Shown here: positions 16,369-25,704 of the stretch, in pieces
Layout of the letters: the number at the start of each line of letters is the position of its first letter
Position numbering within the stretch: position 1 is the first letter of the stretch
From: Candidatus Dormiibacterota bacterium
GTDB taxonomy: Bacteria > Chloroflexota > Dormibacteria > Dormibacterales > Dormibacteraceae
Direction of reading: 5' to 3'
Length of the DNA: 64,000 nucleotides
Assembly: GCA_955652705.1 (NCBI GenBank)
Contig: CATPBK010000100.1
Coordinates: 661-64,660 of the forward strand
The notes under the pieces: generated by a model
What the model saw: the letters and a program-made list of their open reading frames with translations, nothing else
What the model was told of the DNA's origin: nothing
The model's database searches: none
Position numbers and translations under genes: made by a program

Positions 16369-17711
16369 CGTTTTCTCCCGATTTTCCGTGGGATCTCTCT
16401 GGCGGGCGTGCCCACCACGGTCACGCCGGGGGGGACGTCGCTGAGCACGACCGACCCGGCGCCGGTCTTGCTGCCGCGGCCAAGTTTGACCGGCGCTCGC
16501 AGGAGCGTGTCGACCCCGACAAAGGCGTCGTCCTCGATCACCGTCTGGTTTTTCGCGGTTCCATCGTAGTTGGCCGTGACCGTTCCGGCCCCGATGTTCA
16601 CGTTCTGCCCGATCACCGCATCGCCCAAGTACGCAAAGTGGGGCACCCGGCTGCGACTACCGATCCGGGTTCGGACGATCTCTCCGAAGCTGCCGATGTG
16701 GACGTCGTCCGCGATCTCCGTGCCGGGCCGGAGCTTGACGAAGGGACCACAGTCGGAGCGGTCGCCGAGCCGGCATTCGCGAAGCCAGGCATGGTCGACG
16801 ACGCACGAGTTGCCGACCTCGGAGTCGGCGATGTCCGCGTAAGGGCCGATCCGGCATTCCTCGCCGATCACCGTCTTCCCACGCAGGATGGTGAAGGGCT
16901 CGACCACGGTGTCGCCGCCGATTTTGACGCCGACGTCAACGACGCAGCTCGCCGGATCAGTGAACGTCACGCCGCCGACCATGAGGTCTCGAACGACGCG
17001 GTTGCGGAGAGCCCGCTCGGCCGCGGCCAGCTGGACCCGGTCGTTGACCCCGAGCGCCTCGTCCGGATCCTCCAGCCGGACGACCTCGACCGGCGCATGG
17101 CTGGCGACCAGGTCGGTGATGTAGTACTCGCCCTGGCGGTTGTCGGGGCGGAGCCTGGCCAGCTCTTCGGCGAGCCCTTCGGCGCGGAAGCAGTAAAGGC
17201 CGGCGTTGATCTCGGTGATCTCCCGCTCGGCGGGGCTGGCGTCCTTCTCCTCCACGATCCGGTGGAACCTGCCCTGTCCGTCGCGCAGGACCCGCCCGTC
17301 GGGCCGGCCTGGGACGACGACACTGGCTATGGTGGTCGCCGCGCCCGCCGCGCGGTGCGTTTCGTAGAGCCGCTTCAAGGTCTCGCCGCGCACCAATGGA
17401 CAGTCGCCGTTCAAGACCAGCACGTCGCCCCGCAGGCGTTCGGGAGGCACCATCGAGAGGGCGTGGCCGGTTCCTCGCGGAGCCGCTTGCCAAACCACCT
17501 CGCACCGCCCCTCGACGTGTTGGGCGACCGCGCCCTGGGCGGGGTTCAAGACGACCAGCGGCCGGTCTACGCCAGCCTCGGCGCAAGCGTCGAGCAGGAG
17601 GTCGATCATCGGCCGGCCGGCCAGCGCATGGAGGACCTTCGGCTTCTTCGATCGGAGGCGGGTGCCGAGGCCGGCGGCTAGGATGACAGCCGTAAGTGGT
17701 CGCTGGCTCAA
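16365..17711 (-). CDS. glmU: bifunctional UDP-N-acetylglucosamine diphosphorylase / glucosamine-1-phosphate N-acetyltransferase
   Basis: 448 aa with N-terminal VILAAGLGTRLRSKKPKVLH and C-terminal left-handed beta-helix hexapeptide repeats. TTG start. Confidence 0.92.
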   Translation of the reverse strand: MSQRPLTAVILAAGLGTRLRSKKPKVLHALAGRPMIDLLLDACAEAGVDRPLVVLNPAQGAVAQHVEGRCEVVWQAAPRGTGHALSMVPPERLRGDVLVLNGDCPLVRGETLKRLYETHRAAGAATTIASVVVPGRPDGRVLRDGQGRFHRIVEEKDASPAEREITEINAGLYCFRAEGLAEELARLRPDNRQGEYYITDLVASHAPVEVVRLEDPDEALGVNDRVQLAAAERALRNRVVRDLMVGGVTFTDPASCVVDVGVKIGGDTVVEPFTILRGKTVIGEECRIGPYADIADSEVGNSCVVDHAWLRECRLGDRSDCGPFVKLRPGTEIADDVHIGSFGEIVRTRIGSRSRVPHFAYLGDAVIGQNVNIGAGTVTANYDGTAKNQTVIEDDAFVGVDTLLRAPVKLGRGSKTGAGSVVLSDVPPGVTVVGTPAREIPRKIGRKR

Positions 17712-17731
17712 CAGGAAGTCCTAATCGTAGG

Positions 17732-18460
17732 GTGAGAGCGGCGGCCCTGACCGGCGCCGCCCTGCTGTTCACGGCCTGCGGACTTGGCGGCGGCGGCAGC
17801 CAGGCTCCCAGGCCCTCGCCGCATCCCTCGCCCACTCTCGCCCCGAGCCCATCTCCGAGCGGTCCGGCCTCGATCTGGGTGATCCCGCCGGTCGGCCTCC
17901 GGCTGCACGCGTCCCCCGACCGCTCCGCCGACACCGCCGCCGTGATCCGCCAGGGCGCCCAGCTCGACGTGACCGAGACGCGGGCCGTCGGCACCGAGAC
18001 CTGGCTCCACGCCCACGCTCACGGCTCGGCAGACATCGACGGCTGGGCGCTCCACGATCCGATGCTCGTCACCGACATCCCGATGCAGCAACACGTCGAC
18101 AGCCCCCTGGGTTACTCGATCCTCTTCCCTCAGAGCTGGACGTTCGCGACGACCAGTCCCACGATTCAGACGTACACGGGGACGGCCGACTTGAGCCTGC
18201 TCGTCCAGACCGCCAGCGACCTCTCCAAGCTGCCGGCCGTGCCGAGCGCCGCCGGTAAGTCCGAACGCGAGAAGGGCCCGATCGACGTTTTCGGCAAGAG
18301 CCCGGTGATCACCTTCTACCACCTCGACGCGGGCCGCTACGAGCTGGCCACGTCGCTGGAGTGGGCACCCGGACGCGCTTACCAGTTCGTCTTCCGGCAG
18401 CCGGGCGCCGCGGACTCGCCGCTTTTCGAACAGATGCTCGAAAGCCTGGTCTTCAACTGA
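17732..18460 (+). CDS. hypothetical lipoprotein (SH3b-like segment)
   Basis: The GTG at 17732 gives MRAAALTGAALLFTAC, a lipoprotein signal with lipobox, followed by a Pro/Ser-rich linker. The track start at 17696 would overlap the glmU start. Confidence 0.6.
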   Translation: MRAAALTGAALLFTACGLGGGGSQAPRPSPHPSPTLAPSPSPSGPASIWVIPPVGLRLHASPDRSADTAAVIRQGAQLDVTETRAVGTETWLHAHAHGSADIDGWALHDPMLVTDIPMQQHVDSPLGYSILFPQSWTFATTSPTIQTYTGTADLSLLVQTASDLSKLPAVPSAAGKSEREKGPIDVFGKSPVITFYHLDAGRYELATSLEWAPGRAYQFVFRQPGAADSPLFEQMLESLVFN

Positions 18461-18474
18461 GCCTTCGGGGCAGA

Positions 18475-20907
18475 ATGAGCTCGATGGCCGCGAAGACCGA
18501 AGCCAAGCAGACGCGCACGTTGCCGCTGCTGCCGCTCAAGAACGCTGTTGTCTTCCCGCATGTCCTGGTCCCGCTGGCGGTCGGCCGGCCCCGTTCGCTG
18601 GCGCTGATCGAGCAACTCCCGCCGGGCGATCGGCTGCTGGCCATGTCCGCCCAGATCGACGAGGACGTGGAGGAGGCCGGGTGGGAGGACGTCCACCATA
18701 CCGGGACGCTGGTGCGCATCCAGCACCTGATCAAACTGCCGGACGGGACCTACCAGCTCGCCGTCCAGGGACTGGGCCGCCTCCGGTTGCTGGAGGCCAC
18801 GCAGCACGATCCCTTTCTCACCGTCGCCGTGGAGCCGCACCCCGAGGCGGCCGACGGGGGGGGCGGAATCGAGATGGAGGCGGTCTACCGGAGCGCCGTG
18901 GACAGCTTCCAGCAGCTCGTCGCGATCGCGCCGTACCTGCCGGGTGAGCTGCTGCCGACCGCGATCAACATCGAGGATCCGCTGCACCTCGCTTACTTCA
19001 TCGCCAACCACGTCAAGCTGGCGACTGATCAGCGCCAGGAGATCCTGGAGCTGCCGACGGCGCGCGCCAAGCTGGAGCGCCTGCTCGGCCACATGGCGCA
19101 CGAGCTGGAGGTGCTCGAGCTCGGCCGCAAGATCCAGACCAAGGCCGAAGAGCAGATGGGCAAGGCCCAGCGGGAGTACTTCCTCCGCGAACAGCTACGC
19201 GCCATCCAGCGCGAGCTCGGCGAGCTCGACCAGGACGCCGGCGAGGTCTCCGAGCTCAGGGAGCGGATCGAGAAGGCCGGCCTGCCGGCCGAAGCGCGCA
19301 AGGAGGCGGAGCGAGAGCTGACCCGGCTCGAGCGGGTGCCTTCCGCGTCACCCGAGTCCTCGGTGATCCGCACCTACCTGGACCTGCTCGTGGGGCTGCC
19401 CTGGAACGTGTCGACCGGCGGCGAGGTGGACGTCGGCAAGGCCCGCGAGGTCCTGGACGCCGACCACTACGACCTCGACAAGGTCAAACAGCGGATCGTC
19501 GAGCACCTCGCGGTCCGCCGGCTGAAGCAGCAGCGCGGGCTGATGGACCGGGGACGGGAGCCGATCCTCTGCTTCGCCGGGCCACCCGGCGTCGGCAAGA
19601 CGTCGCTCGGGCAGTCGATCGCGCGCGCCATGGGCCGCAAGTTTGCCCGGGCCTCGCTCGGCGGTGTCCACGATGAGGCCGAGATCCGGGGCCATCGCCG
19701 GACTTACATCGGAGCCATGCCCGGCCGCGTCATCCAGGCGATCAGGCGGGCCGAGTCCAACGACCCGGTCTTCATGCTCGATGAGGTCGACAAATTGGCC
19801 TCCGACTGGCGCGGAGATCCCTCCTCAGCGCTCCTGGAGGTGCTCGACCCGGAGCAGAACAAGGACTTCCGCGACAACTACCTCGACGTCCCCTTCGACC
19901 TGTCACGCGTTCTCTTCATCTGCACCGCCAACACGCTGGACACAGTGCCGGCGGCGCTCCGGGACCGCCTGGAGGTACTCCAGCTACCTGGCTACACCGA
20001 GGACGAGAAGCTTCAGATCGCGATCAAGTTCCTCCTCCCCAAGCAGCTCGGGGCTCATGGGCTTTTGCCGGAGGAGGTGGAGTTCACGGAGGACGCGATC
20101 CGCCTGATCATCCGCGAGTACACCCGGGAAGCGGGCGTCCGCAACCTCGAGCGCGAGATCGCCGGCGTCCTGCGCCGAGCGGCCGCCGAGGTGGCGGAGA
20201 AGGGGGTCCGGGACGGCGCTTTCTGCGTTGACGAGGCCCGCGTTCGCGAGGCGCTGGGGAAGCGGCGGTTCTACGACGTCTCGGCGGAACTGATCGATCG
20301 TCCGGGCATCGCGGTGGGCTTGACCTGGACCCCCGTCGGCGGCGAGATCATCTTCGTCGAGGCGACCCAGATGCCCGGCAAGGGCGACCTCCGGCTGACG
20401 GGGCAGCTGGGCGACGTCATGAAGGAGTCCGCCCAGGCGGCCTTGAGCTACCTGAAGACCCACGCGGACCGCTACCAAATCGACACCGCGCGCCTGGAGA
20501 CCGTCGACATCCACGTCCACGTGCCGGCGGGCGCCCAGCCCAAGGAGGGCCCGAGCGCGGGCGTGACCGTGCTCACCGCGATCGCCTCCGTCCTCACCGG
20601 CAAGCGCGTGCGTGACAACCTGGCGATGACTGGCGAGATCACCTTGCGCGGCAAGGTCCTGCCCATCGGCGGGCTGAAGGAGAAGGTGCTGGCCGCCCAC
20701 CGGGCAGGCATTCGCAAGGTGTTGGTGCCGGCTCGCAACGAGGCCGACCTGGACGACATCCCCAGCGAGCTCCGCGACGACATCGACATCGTGCTGGTCG
20801 AGACCCTGGACGACGTCCTGGACGAGGCGCTGGCCCTACGCCCAGCTGCCAACCGCCCGAGCGACCGCCGTCCAGCAGTCAAGGCCGGCCACCGCCGCGC
20901 CGGCTGA
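18475..20907 (+). CDS. lon: ATP-dependent Lon protease
   Basis: 810 aa from the ATG at 18475 (MSSMAAKTEAKQTRTLPLLPLKNAVVFPHV). Walker A GPPGVGKTS and protease catalytic PKEGPSAGV...TGEITLRGKVLPIGGLKEK are present. Confidence 0.95.
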   Translation: MSSMAAKTEAKQTRTLPLLPLKNAVVFPHVLVPLAVGRPRSLALIEQLPPGDRLLAMSAQIDEDVEEAGWEDVHHTGTLVRIQHLIKLPDGTYQLAVQGLGRLRLLEATQHDPFLTVAVEPHPEAADGGGGIEMEAVYRSAVDSFQQLVAIAPYLPGELLPTAINIEDPLHLAYFIANHVKLATDQRQEILELPTARAKLERLLGHMAHELEVLELGRKIQTKAEEQMGKAQREYFLREQLRAIQRELGELDQDAGEVSELRERIEKAGLPAEARKEAERELTRLERVPSASPESSVIRTYLDLLVGLPWNVSTGGEVDVGKAREVLDADHYDLDKVKQRIVEHLAVRRLKQQRGLMDRGREPILCFAGPPGVGKTSLGQSIARAMGRKFARASLGGVHDEAEIRGHRRTYIGAMPGRVIQAIRRAESNDPVFMLDEVDKLASDWRGDPSSALLEVLDPEQNKDFRDNYLDVPFDLSRVLFICTANTLDTVPAALRDRLEVLQLPGYTEDEKLQIAIKFLLPKQLGAHGLLPEEVEFTEDAIRLIIREYTREAGVRNLEREIAGVLRRAAAEVAEKGVRDGAFCVDEARVREALGKRRFYDVSAELIDRPGIAVGLTWTPVGGEIIFVEATQMPGKGDLRLTGQLGDVMKESAQAALSYLKTHADRYQIDTARLETVDIHVHVPAGAQPKEGPSAGVTVLTAIASVLTGKRVRDNLAMTGEITLRGKVLPIGGLKEKVLAAHRAGIRKVLVPARNEADLDDIPSELRDDIDIVLVETLDDVLDEALALRPAANRPSDRRPAVKAGHRRAG

Positions 20908-21549
20908 ATCCGGGTCGCCGAACTCCCGAAAGAAGGCCGACCCGCTGCCGGTCATGACCCATCCCTGGCCAAGCTTTTCGGCGAAGTCTCGGAGCCCCGG
21001 CTCGACCGTGGCGGCCGCCTGGAAGAGCTCGTTGCGGCCCTCGCCGCCGACCCGGTCCCAGGCCCGGTAGACCGCCGCGGTCGAGAGCTCCAGGCCGGGC
21101 CAGGCGAGGGCGAACCAGCCGGGGCGGTCAGGCAGCTGCTCCAGGCGCTCCCCGCGCCCGGTTGCCCGGGCGGTGCCGCCGCGCAGAAAGAAGGCCACGT
21201 CGGCGCCGAGGCTCGGCGCCTTCTCGCCCGCGTCAAAGGCGCGCAGGACGGCCGCGGCGTCGGAGCTGCCGCCCCCCAGCCCGGAGCCCGGTGGGATGCG
21301 TTTGGTCAGCTTCACGCGCGCCGTCGCACCAGCAGCGGCCAGTGCCCGGGTCACCAGGTTGTCCTCGCCCAGCGGCACGCCCAGGCCGGTGACTTCGAGG
21401 CTCGAATCCGGAGCCGGCTCCAGCTCGAGAAGATCGTGCAGGCTGACCGCCTGGAGCAGCGTGTCGACCTCGTGGTGACCATCACCCCGCCGGCCGACGA
21501 CCCTCAGCTCCAGGTTGACTTTCGCCCGGGCAGGCAGCGCCCGGATCAA
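20836..21549 (-). CDS. ispE: 4-(cytidine 5'-diphospho)-2-C-methyl-D-erythritol kinase
   Basis: The TTG at 21547-21549 forms a TTGA overlap with the upstream stop and gives (M)IRALPARAKVNLELRVVG. GHMP motif PPGSGLGGGSSDAAA. Compact at 237 aa. The rest of the 330-aa track ORF is Arg-rich extension. Confidence 0.8.
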   Translation of the reverse strand: MIRALPARAKVNLELRVVGRRGDGHHEVDTLLQAVSLHDLLELEPAPDSSLEVTGLGVPLGEDNLVTRALAAAGATARVKLTKRIPPGSGLGGGSSDAAAVLRAFDAGEKAPSLGADVAFFLRGGTARATGRGERLEQLPDRPGWFALAWPGLELSTAAVYRAWDRVGGEGRNELFQAAATVEPGLRDFAEKLGQGWVMTGSGSAFFREFGDPDSAGAAVAGLDCWTAVARAVGSWA

Positions 21550-22076
21550 GTTCTGGCCAGCAAGCCCCGCTTGTAGGCCGCGACCATCCGCTGGTAGTGA
21601 GCGGCCGGTCCGCCGTCCCCCACCCAGCGCGCCGAGGCGCCGGAGAGCGGCTTCTTGATCTGGGCGGGAACGCCGGCCGCCAGGTGGCCGGCGGGAACCT
21701 CGGCGCCCTCGCTCAGCACCGAGCCGGCGGCCAGCATGGCGCCCTTTCCCACCCGGCTGCGCTGGAGCATCACGGCACCCGTCCCGACGACCCCGTCTTC
21801 CTCCACGACGCAGCCCTCCAGGCAGCACATGTGGGCGACCGAGGCATTTCGCCCGATCAGGGTGGGCAGCTCGTGCGTGCAGTGGATCATGGTGCCGTCC
21901 TGGACGTTGGCGCCCTCACCGACGATGATGTGGGAGTCGTCACCCCGGAGGATGGCGCCGAACCAGACGCTGGCGCCGGCGGCCACCTCGACGTCGCCGA
22001 TCAGGACCGCCGTGGGCGCCACGTAAGCGTCAGGATGGACGCGGGGACGCTTGCCTTCGAACTCGAATTCCGGCAT
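21546..22076 (-). CDS. gamma-class carbonic anhydrase family / hexapeptide-repeat protein
   Basis: 176 aa from the ATG at 22076: MPEFEFEGKRPRVHPDAYVAPTAVLIGDVEVAAGASVWFGAILRGDDSHIIVGEGANVQDG. The upstream part of the 333-aa track ORF is the antisense shadow of the rpsT tail. Confidence 0.85.
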   Translation of the reverse strand: MPEFEFEGKRPRVHPDAYVAPTAVLIGDVEVAAGASVWFGAILRGDDSHIIVGEGANVQDGTMIHCTHELPTLIGRNASVAHMCCLEGCVVEEDGVVGTGAVMLQRSRVGKGAMLAAGSVLSEGAEVPAGHLAAGVPAQIKKPLSGASARWVGDGGPAAHYQRMVAAYKRGLLART

Positions 22077-22122
22077 CCCGTACAATCGTAGGCCGTGTCT
22101 TCTCCTGCCAAACCGATGACCC

Positions 22123-22557
22123 ATGGCTAAGCGAACCGCCTCCGCCAAGAAGCAGGCGCGCGCCGGCGCCCGCCGCGCGGTGCGCAACCGCTCGGTGCGG
22201 TCGGCGGTGAAGACGCGGGTCGCCCGGGCCCGCCGGGCTGTCGCTGAACACGACGTCGCCGAGGCCCGCGAGAGCGGCGTGGCCGCTGTGTCCGGCCTCG
22301 ACCGAGCCGCCGAGAAGGGCATCCTGCACCCCAACAACGCCGCGCGCCGGAAGTCGCGGTTGATGAAGCTCTTGAACTCGGTGGTCGCGTCCGAGCCTGA
22401 GGCAGCGACCGCAGGCAAGCGGTCGGACAAGAAGGCGGCGCCCGCCAGGAAGGCCGCTCCCGCCAAGAAGGCCGCGCCGGCCGCGAAAGCTGCACCGGCC
22501 AAGAAGGCCACCGCAAAGCCGGCGGCCGCCAAAAAGACACCGGCCAAGAAGAAATAG
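22123..22557 (+). CDS. rpsT: 30S ribosomal protein S20 with C-terminal Lys/Ala-rich extension
   Basis: Residues 1-88 match S20 (MAKRTASAKKQARAGARRAVRNRSVRS...GILHPNNAARRKSRLMKLLNSV). Residues 89-144 form a KKAAPA-type repeat tail. Confidence 0.9.
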   Translation: MAKRTASAKKQARAGARRAVRNRSVRSAVKTRVARARRAVAEHDVAEARESGVAAVSGLDRAAEKGILHPNNAARRKSRLMKLLNSVVASEPEAATAGKRSDKKAAPARKAAPAKKAAPAAKAAPAKKATAKPAAAKKTPAKKK

Positions 22558-22563
22558 CGAGAG

Positions 22564-23526
22564 CTAGAGCTTCGCGAGCACTCCGTCGAGCCCGAGCTCG
22601 GCGTCGACCTGGCCGGACTTGACCTCCCACTCGTAGGCGAGGATCACCTTGAGCCCGGCTTCGAGCCGATCCTCCCCCACCGACCCCGCGGTTTCGTACG
22701 CCTTCTGGACGACGAACGGGTGCTCCGGGAGCGCGGCCTGGATCTCGGCCAGGCTCTCGCCACGGTCACGGCGAGCTTTCACCTCCAGCACGAGCGCGAT
22801 GTGGCGGGCGAGCCGGTAGGCGATGGTGGTGGGCTGCCAGCCCGACCTGAGGAGCCCCCGCGCGGTCCGCCAGGCCTCGCCGGTCGGCCTGGGCAGGAGA
22901 TGGTCTGAGAGGCGGAAGATCTCGTCCTCCCTGCCGCCGGCGATGAGCGCGGTGAGAGCGGCCTGGTCGAGCGGATGGCCGGCTTCGCGATAGGCGGCCA
23001 GCTTGCGCAGCTCGGAATCGATGACGCCGGCATCGGGCGGGCTGGCGCGAGCGACCAGGGCGGCGACGTTGGCCGCGAGGCCAAGGTCCCGCCCGCGCTG
23101 GCTTGCCCACTCGTTCAGCGCGCGGGCCTTCAGCTTCGGGAACTCGCGGACCAGGCCGGCCGGCAGGGCCTGGACGGCCTTCAGCAGCGGGCTGGAAGCT
23201 GGCAGGCGCCCGGCCACAGTCAGGACCAGCCGAGTGCTGTCGGGCAGGGCCGCCAGGGCTGGGGTCAGGCTGTCGGCCTTGCGCGGCGCCAGCCCACGCA
23301 CGGACACCACGCGATGGGGGTCCAGGAAGGGCGCCTGCAGGATGGCGTCCTGGAGCTTCACCGCGGTCACGCCGCCCGGGTCCAGGCTCTGTTCTCCGAA
23401 CTCCGAGACCAGATCGCGCCGCCACGTCGTCAGGACCCGCTGGGCATCCTCGTCGGCGAGGAATGTCTCCTCACCGTGCAGGAGCAGGGCTTGCGGGTCG
23501 CTGGTCCGAGCCGGCATCCCGCGCAT
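22564..23526 (-). CDS. holA: DNA polymerase III subunit delta
   Basis: 320 aa with a HolA-like layout (LLHGEETFLADE..., C-terminal winged helix region). It sits in the conserved position next to comEC and rpsT. Confidence 0.8.
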   Translation of the reverse strand: MRGMPARTSDPQALLLHGEETFLADEDAQRVLTTWRRDLVSEFGEQSLDPGGVTAVKLQDAILQAPFLDPHRVVSVRGLAPRKADSLTPALAALPDSTRLVLTVAGRLPASSPLLKAVQALPAGLVREFPKLKARALNEWASQRGRDLGLAANVAALVARASPPDAGVIDSELRKLAAYREAGHPLDQAALTALIAGGREDEIFRLSDHLLPRPTGEAWRTARGLLRSGWQPTTIAYRLARHIALVLEVKARRDRGESLAEIQAALPEHPFVVQKAYETAGSVGEDRLEAGLKVILAYEWEVKSGQVDAELGLDGVLAKL

Positions 23527-23550
23527 CGTAGCCGGGGGGCTCCGCCGGGC

Positions 23551-25704
23551 TCATAACGAAAGCTCGATGGCTCCCTCCTGGTCGGTCCGGCGGACCGCGC
23601 CCGGAGGGATGCCGCGAGCAAGCCGGGCGGCGGCTGCCGAGACAATCAGCTCGCGCGGCCGAGCGCGGTCCAGGAGCTCTTGGGCGGGAGCCGTCCGCCC
23701 GCCCGCGGGCAGCAGCAGGTAGTCGCAGCGCCCACGTAGGCGCGTCGCAGCCTCGACCTCGGCCTCGGGGTCGAGCTCACTCATGTCGCAGAAGGCGCGG
23801 CCGTCCGGGCTGACGATCCGAAGCGCCAGCGGATCTCCCGCCTTCGAGAGAGCCTGCAGGCGCATGCCCGCCAGCTTGAGCTCGGCCCCGGCGCCGAGCC
23901 GGGTCAAGCGGGCCCCGCCCGCGACGGCGCCAAGCGCGGCGCCCCGCCAGGCCGTCCCGGGCAGGTCACCCGCCGGCAGCACAACCAGGCCGACCTTGCG
24001 ATCGAGCCCGCTGAGTCCGCCCGTATGGCCAAGCCCTGGCGCGGTGATCACGAGGCCATCGAGGTCACGGCGCCAGGGCGCCAGGTGCTGGCCGAGGCCA
24101 TCCGCCAGGCGCGCCGGGCTGGGACCGCCGTCGACCAGGAACTGCCCCGCGGGGCCCGAGACCAGCAGGGCCTGGCCATCGCCGACGTCGAGCACGACCG
24201 CCAGCGGTAGTGACCGTTCCCAGGCCAGCAGCTCGACGCCGGCCACAGCAAGCGGGCCGGCCACGGCCAAAAGGACGGCGAGGACCCGGAGAGAGCCCCG
24301 GCTGCGAACCGCCCCGAGCAGGCCGGACAGCCCCGCGTAGTAAGCCAGTCCGGCCCAGGGCGGGAAGCCGGCGATGGGCAGGGCCGCACCCGGCGGTTTG
24401 GCCAAGAGGCCGGCCACCTGCTCCAGGTAAGCGAGCAGACCAACCAGCGGCAGAGCCACGATCGAGCCCGCGGCGGGCATCAGGGCCAGGGGCGCCAGGA
24501 GCAGGCCGGCTCCGACCATCGCCGGCAGCAGCGGCAGGACGAGCGCGTTGGCGATGGGCGCCACCGGCGAGATCACGTGGAACCCCTGGGCGGTGATGGG
24601 AAGCGTGCCGACCTGGGCCGCACAGGTGACGGCGAAAGGTTCGCGCAGGAGGTGGGGCAGCCAGGTCAATCGGCGTTCGATGGCCGGGGTGAGCAGGACG
24701 ATGGCCGCTGTGCCGAGGAAGGAGAGCTCGAAGCCGACGTCCCAGGCCACCTCTGGCGACCAGGCGATCATGGCCGCGCCCACCAGTCCGAGAGAGGTCC
24801 AGACGTGCGCACTGCGACCAAGTCGCGCCCCGACCAGAGCGAGACCTCCCATGGCGGCGGCGCGGACCGCGGCCGGGGTGGCGCCGCCGGCCAGCGCGTA
24901 GCCGGCGATCATCGCAACGACGGGGATCGTGGACCAGCCGCCCAGCAGCGGCGTCAGGGCAGCCGAAGCGAGCCGCGCGAAGACCGCGACCTTGAGGCCG
25001 CTCAGCACCAGGAGGTGCACCAGGCCGGTTGCGACCAGGTCCTGCTGGAGCCGGGCTGGCACACCGTTTCGGATGCCAAGGACGACGCCGAGGAGCACCG
25101 CCGAATGCGGCCGCGGAACCAGCTCCTCGACTGCCTGGCGGTAGGCAGCGCGTAGCTTCGAGGGAACGCCTGCCGGGAAGGGCGCCGGGGCGAGCACCGT
25201 CAAGCCCGGGACGGGCAGCTCCAGATAGGCATGCCTCTGGGCGAGATAGGCGCGGCGGTCGAAGCCCGGCCGCTCTTGAGGCAGGCGCAGCCGGCCCCGA
25301 GCCTCGACCCGGTCGCCGAACGCGACCCGGCTTTCCCCCCGCACTCGCACCAGGACGCTGCCGTAGACCGGCTGGTCGGGCGCCAGTAGCAGCTCGTAGC
25401 CGCCGCCCGTGGGGCGCGGGTCGTCGACGGCGCTGCCGCGGAGGGTGACCTGCCTGCCCGCCATGGCGGCCGCCCGTGCCGCGAGCCCCGGATCCGCCGG
25501 CGGGAGCTCGGCGCGGGCCAGTCCGGCCAGCGCGGCGGCAATCGCAATGGCCAGGAGCAGCGGGCGCAGAAAGACGGCGAGGCCCAGCGCCGGCGCCACC
25601 AGCAGCAGCGCCACCGCTCCGAGTTCAGGGCGCCCAGGAAGCAGCGCCTCGGAGACGACGAGTACGCCTGAGAAGGCCAGGCAGACGATGAAGGCCGGGG
25701 TCAC
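23551..25704 (-). CDS. comEC: DNA internalization-related competence protein ComEC/Rec2
   Basis: 717 aa with a multi-TM competence domain and a C-terminal metallo-beta-lactamase-like domain (VLDVGDGQALLV...). The GTG start forms a GTGA overlap with the comEA stop. Confidence 0.85.
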   Translation of the reverse strand: MTPAFIVCLAFSGVLVVSEALLPGRPELGAVALLLVAPALGLAVFLRPLLLAIAIAAALAGLARAELPPADPGLAARAAAMAGRQVTLRGSAVDDPRPTGGGYELLLAPDQPVYGSVLVRVRGESRVAFGDRVEARGRLRLPQERPGFDRRAYLAQRHAYLELPVPGLTVLAPAPFPAGVPSKLRAAYRQAVEELVPRPHSAVLLGVVLGIRNGVPARLQQDLVATGLVHLLVLSGLKVAVFARLASAALTPLLGGWSTIPVVAMIAGYALAGGATPAAVRAAAMGGLALVGARLGRSAHVWTSLGLVGAAMIAWSPEVAWDVGFELSFLGTAAIVLLTPAIERRLTWLPHLLREPFAVTCAAQVGTLPITAQGFHVISPVAPIANALVLPLLPAMVGAGLLLAPLALMPAAGSIVALPLVGLLAYLEQVAGLLAKPPGAALPIAGFPPWAGLAYYAGLSGLLGAVRSRGSLRVLAVLLAVAGPLAVAGVELLAWERSLPLAVVLDVGDGQALLVSGPAGQFLVDGGPSPARLADGLGQHLAPWRRDLDGLVITAPGLGHTGGLSGLDRKVGLVVLPAGDLPGTAWRGAALGAVAGGARLTRLGAGAELKLAGMRLQALSKAGDPLALRIVSPDGRAFCDMSELDPEAEVEAATRLRGRCDYLLLPAGGRTAPAQELLDRARPRELIVSAAAARLARGIPPGAVRRTDQEGAIELSL

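Noticed and set aside
22051-22086. TACAAT at 22081-22086 as the rpsT -10 box, with TTCGAA/TTGCCT as -35
   Set aside because: The -10 hexamer is plausible, but no -35 lies at proper spacing (19 or 24 nt). With no TSS information, the evidence is too weak to list as a feature.
22077-22547. Extension of the gamma-carbonic-anhydrase ORF with AAFLAG repeats (track ORF 21546..22547)
   Set aside because: It is the antisense shadow of the rpsT Lys/Ala repeat tail. The conserved family N-terminus starts at the ATG at 22076.
22420-22550. Short tandem DNA repeats here and at about 60985-61110, considered as a possible CRISPR or VNTR array
   Set aside because: The repeats are 15-18 nt, imperfect, have no unique spacers, and lie inside coding low-complexity regions (the S20 tail and the DGC Thr/Pro linker). 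They are not CRISPR.
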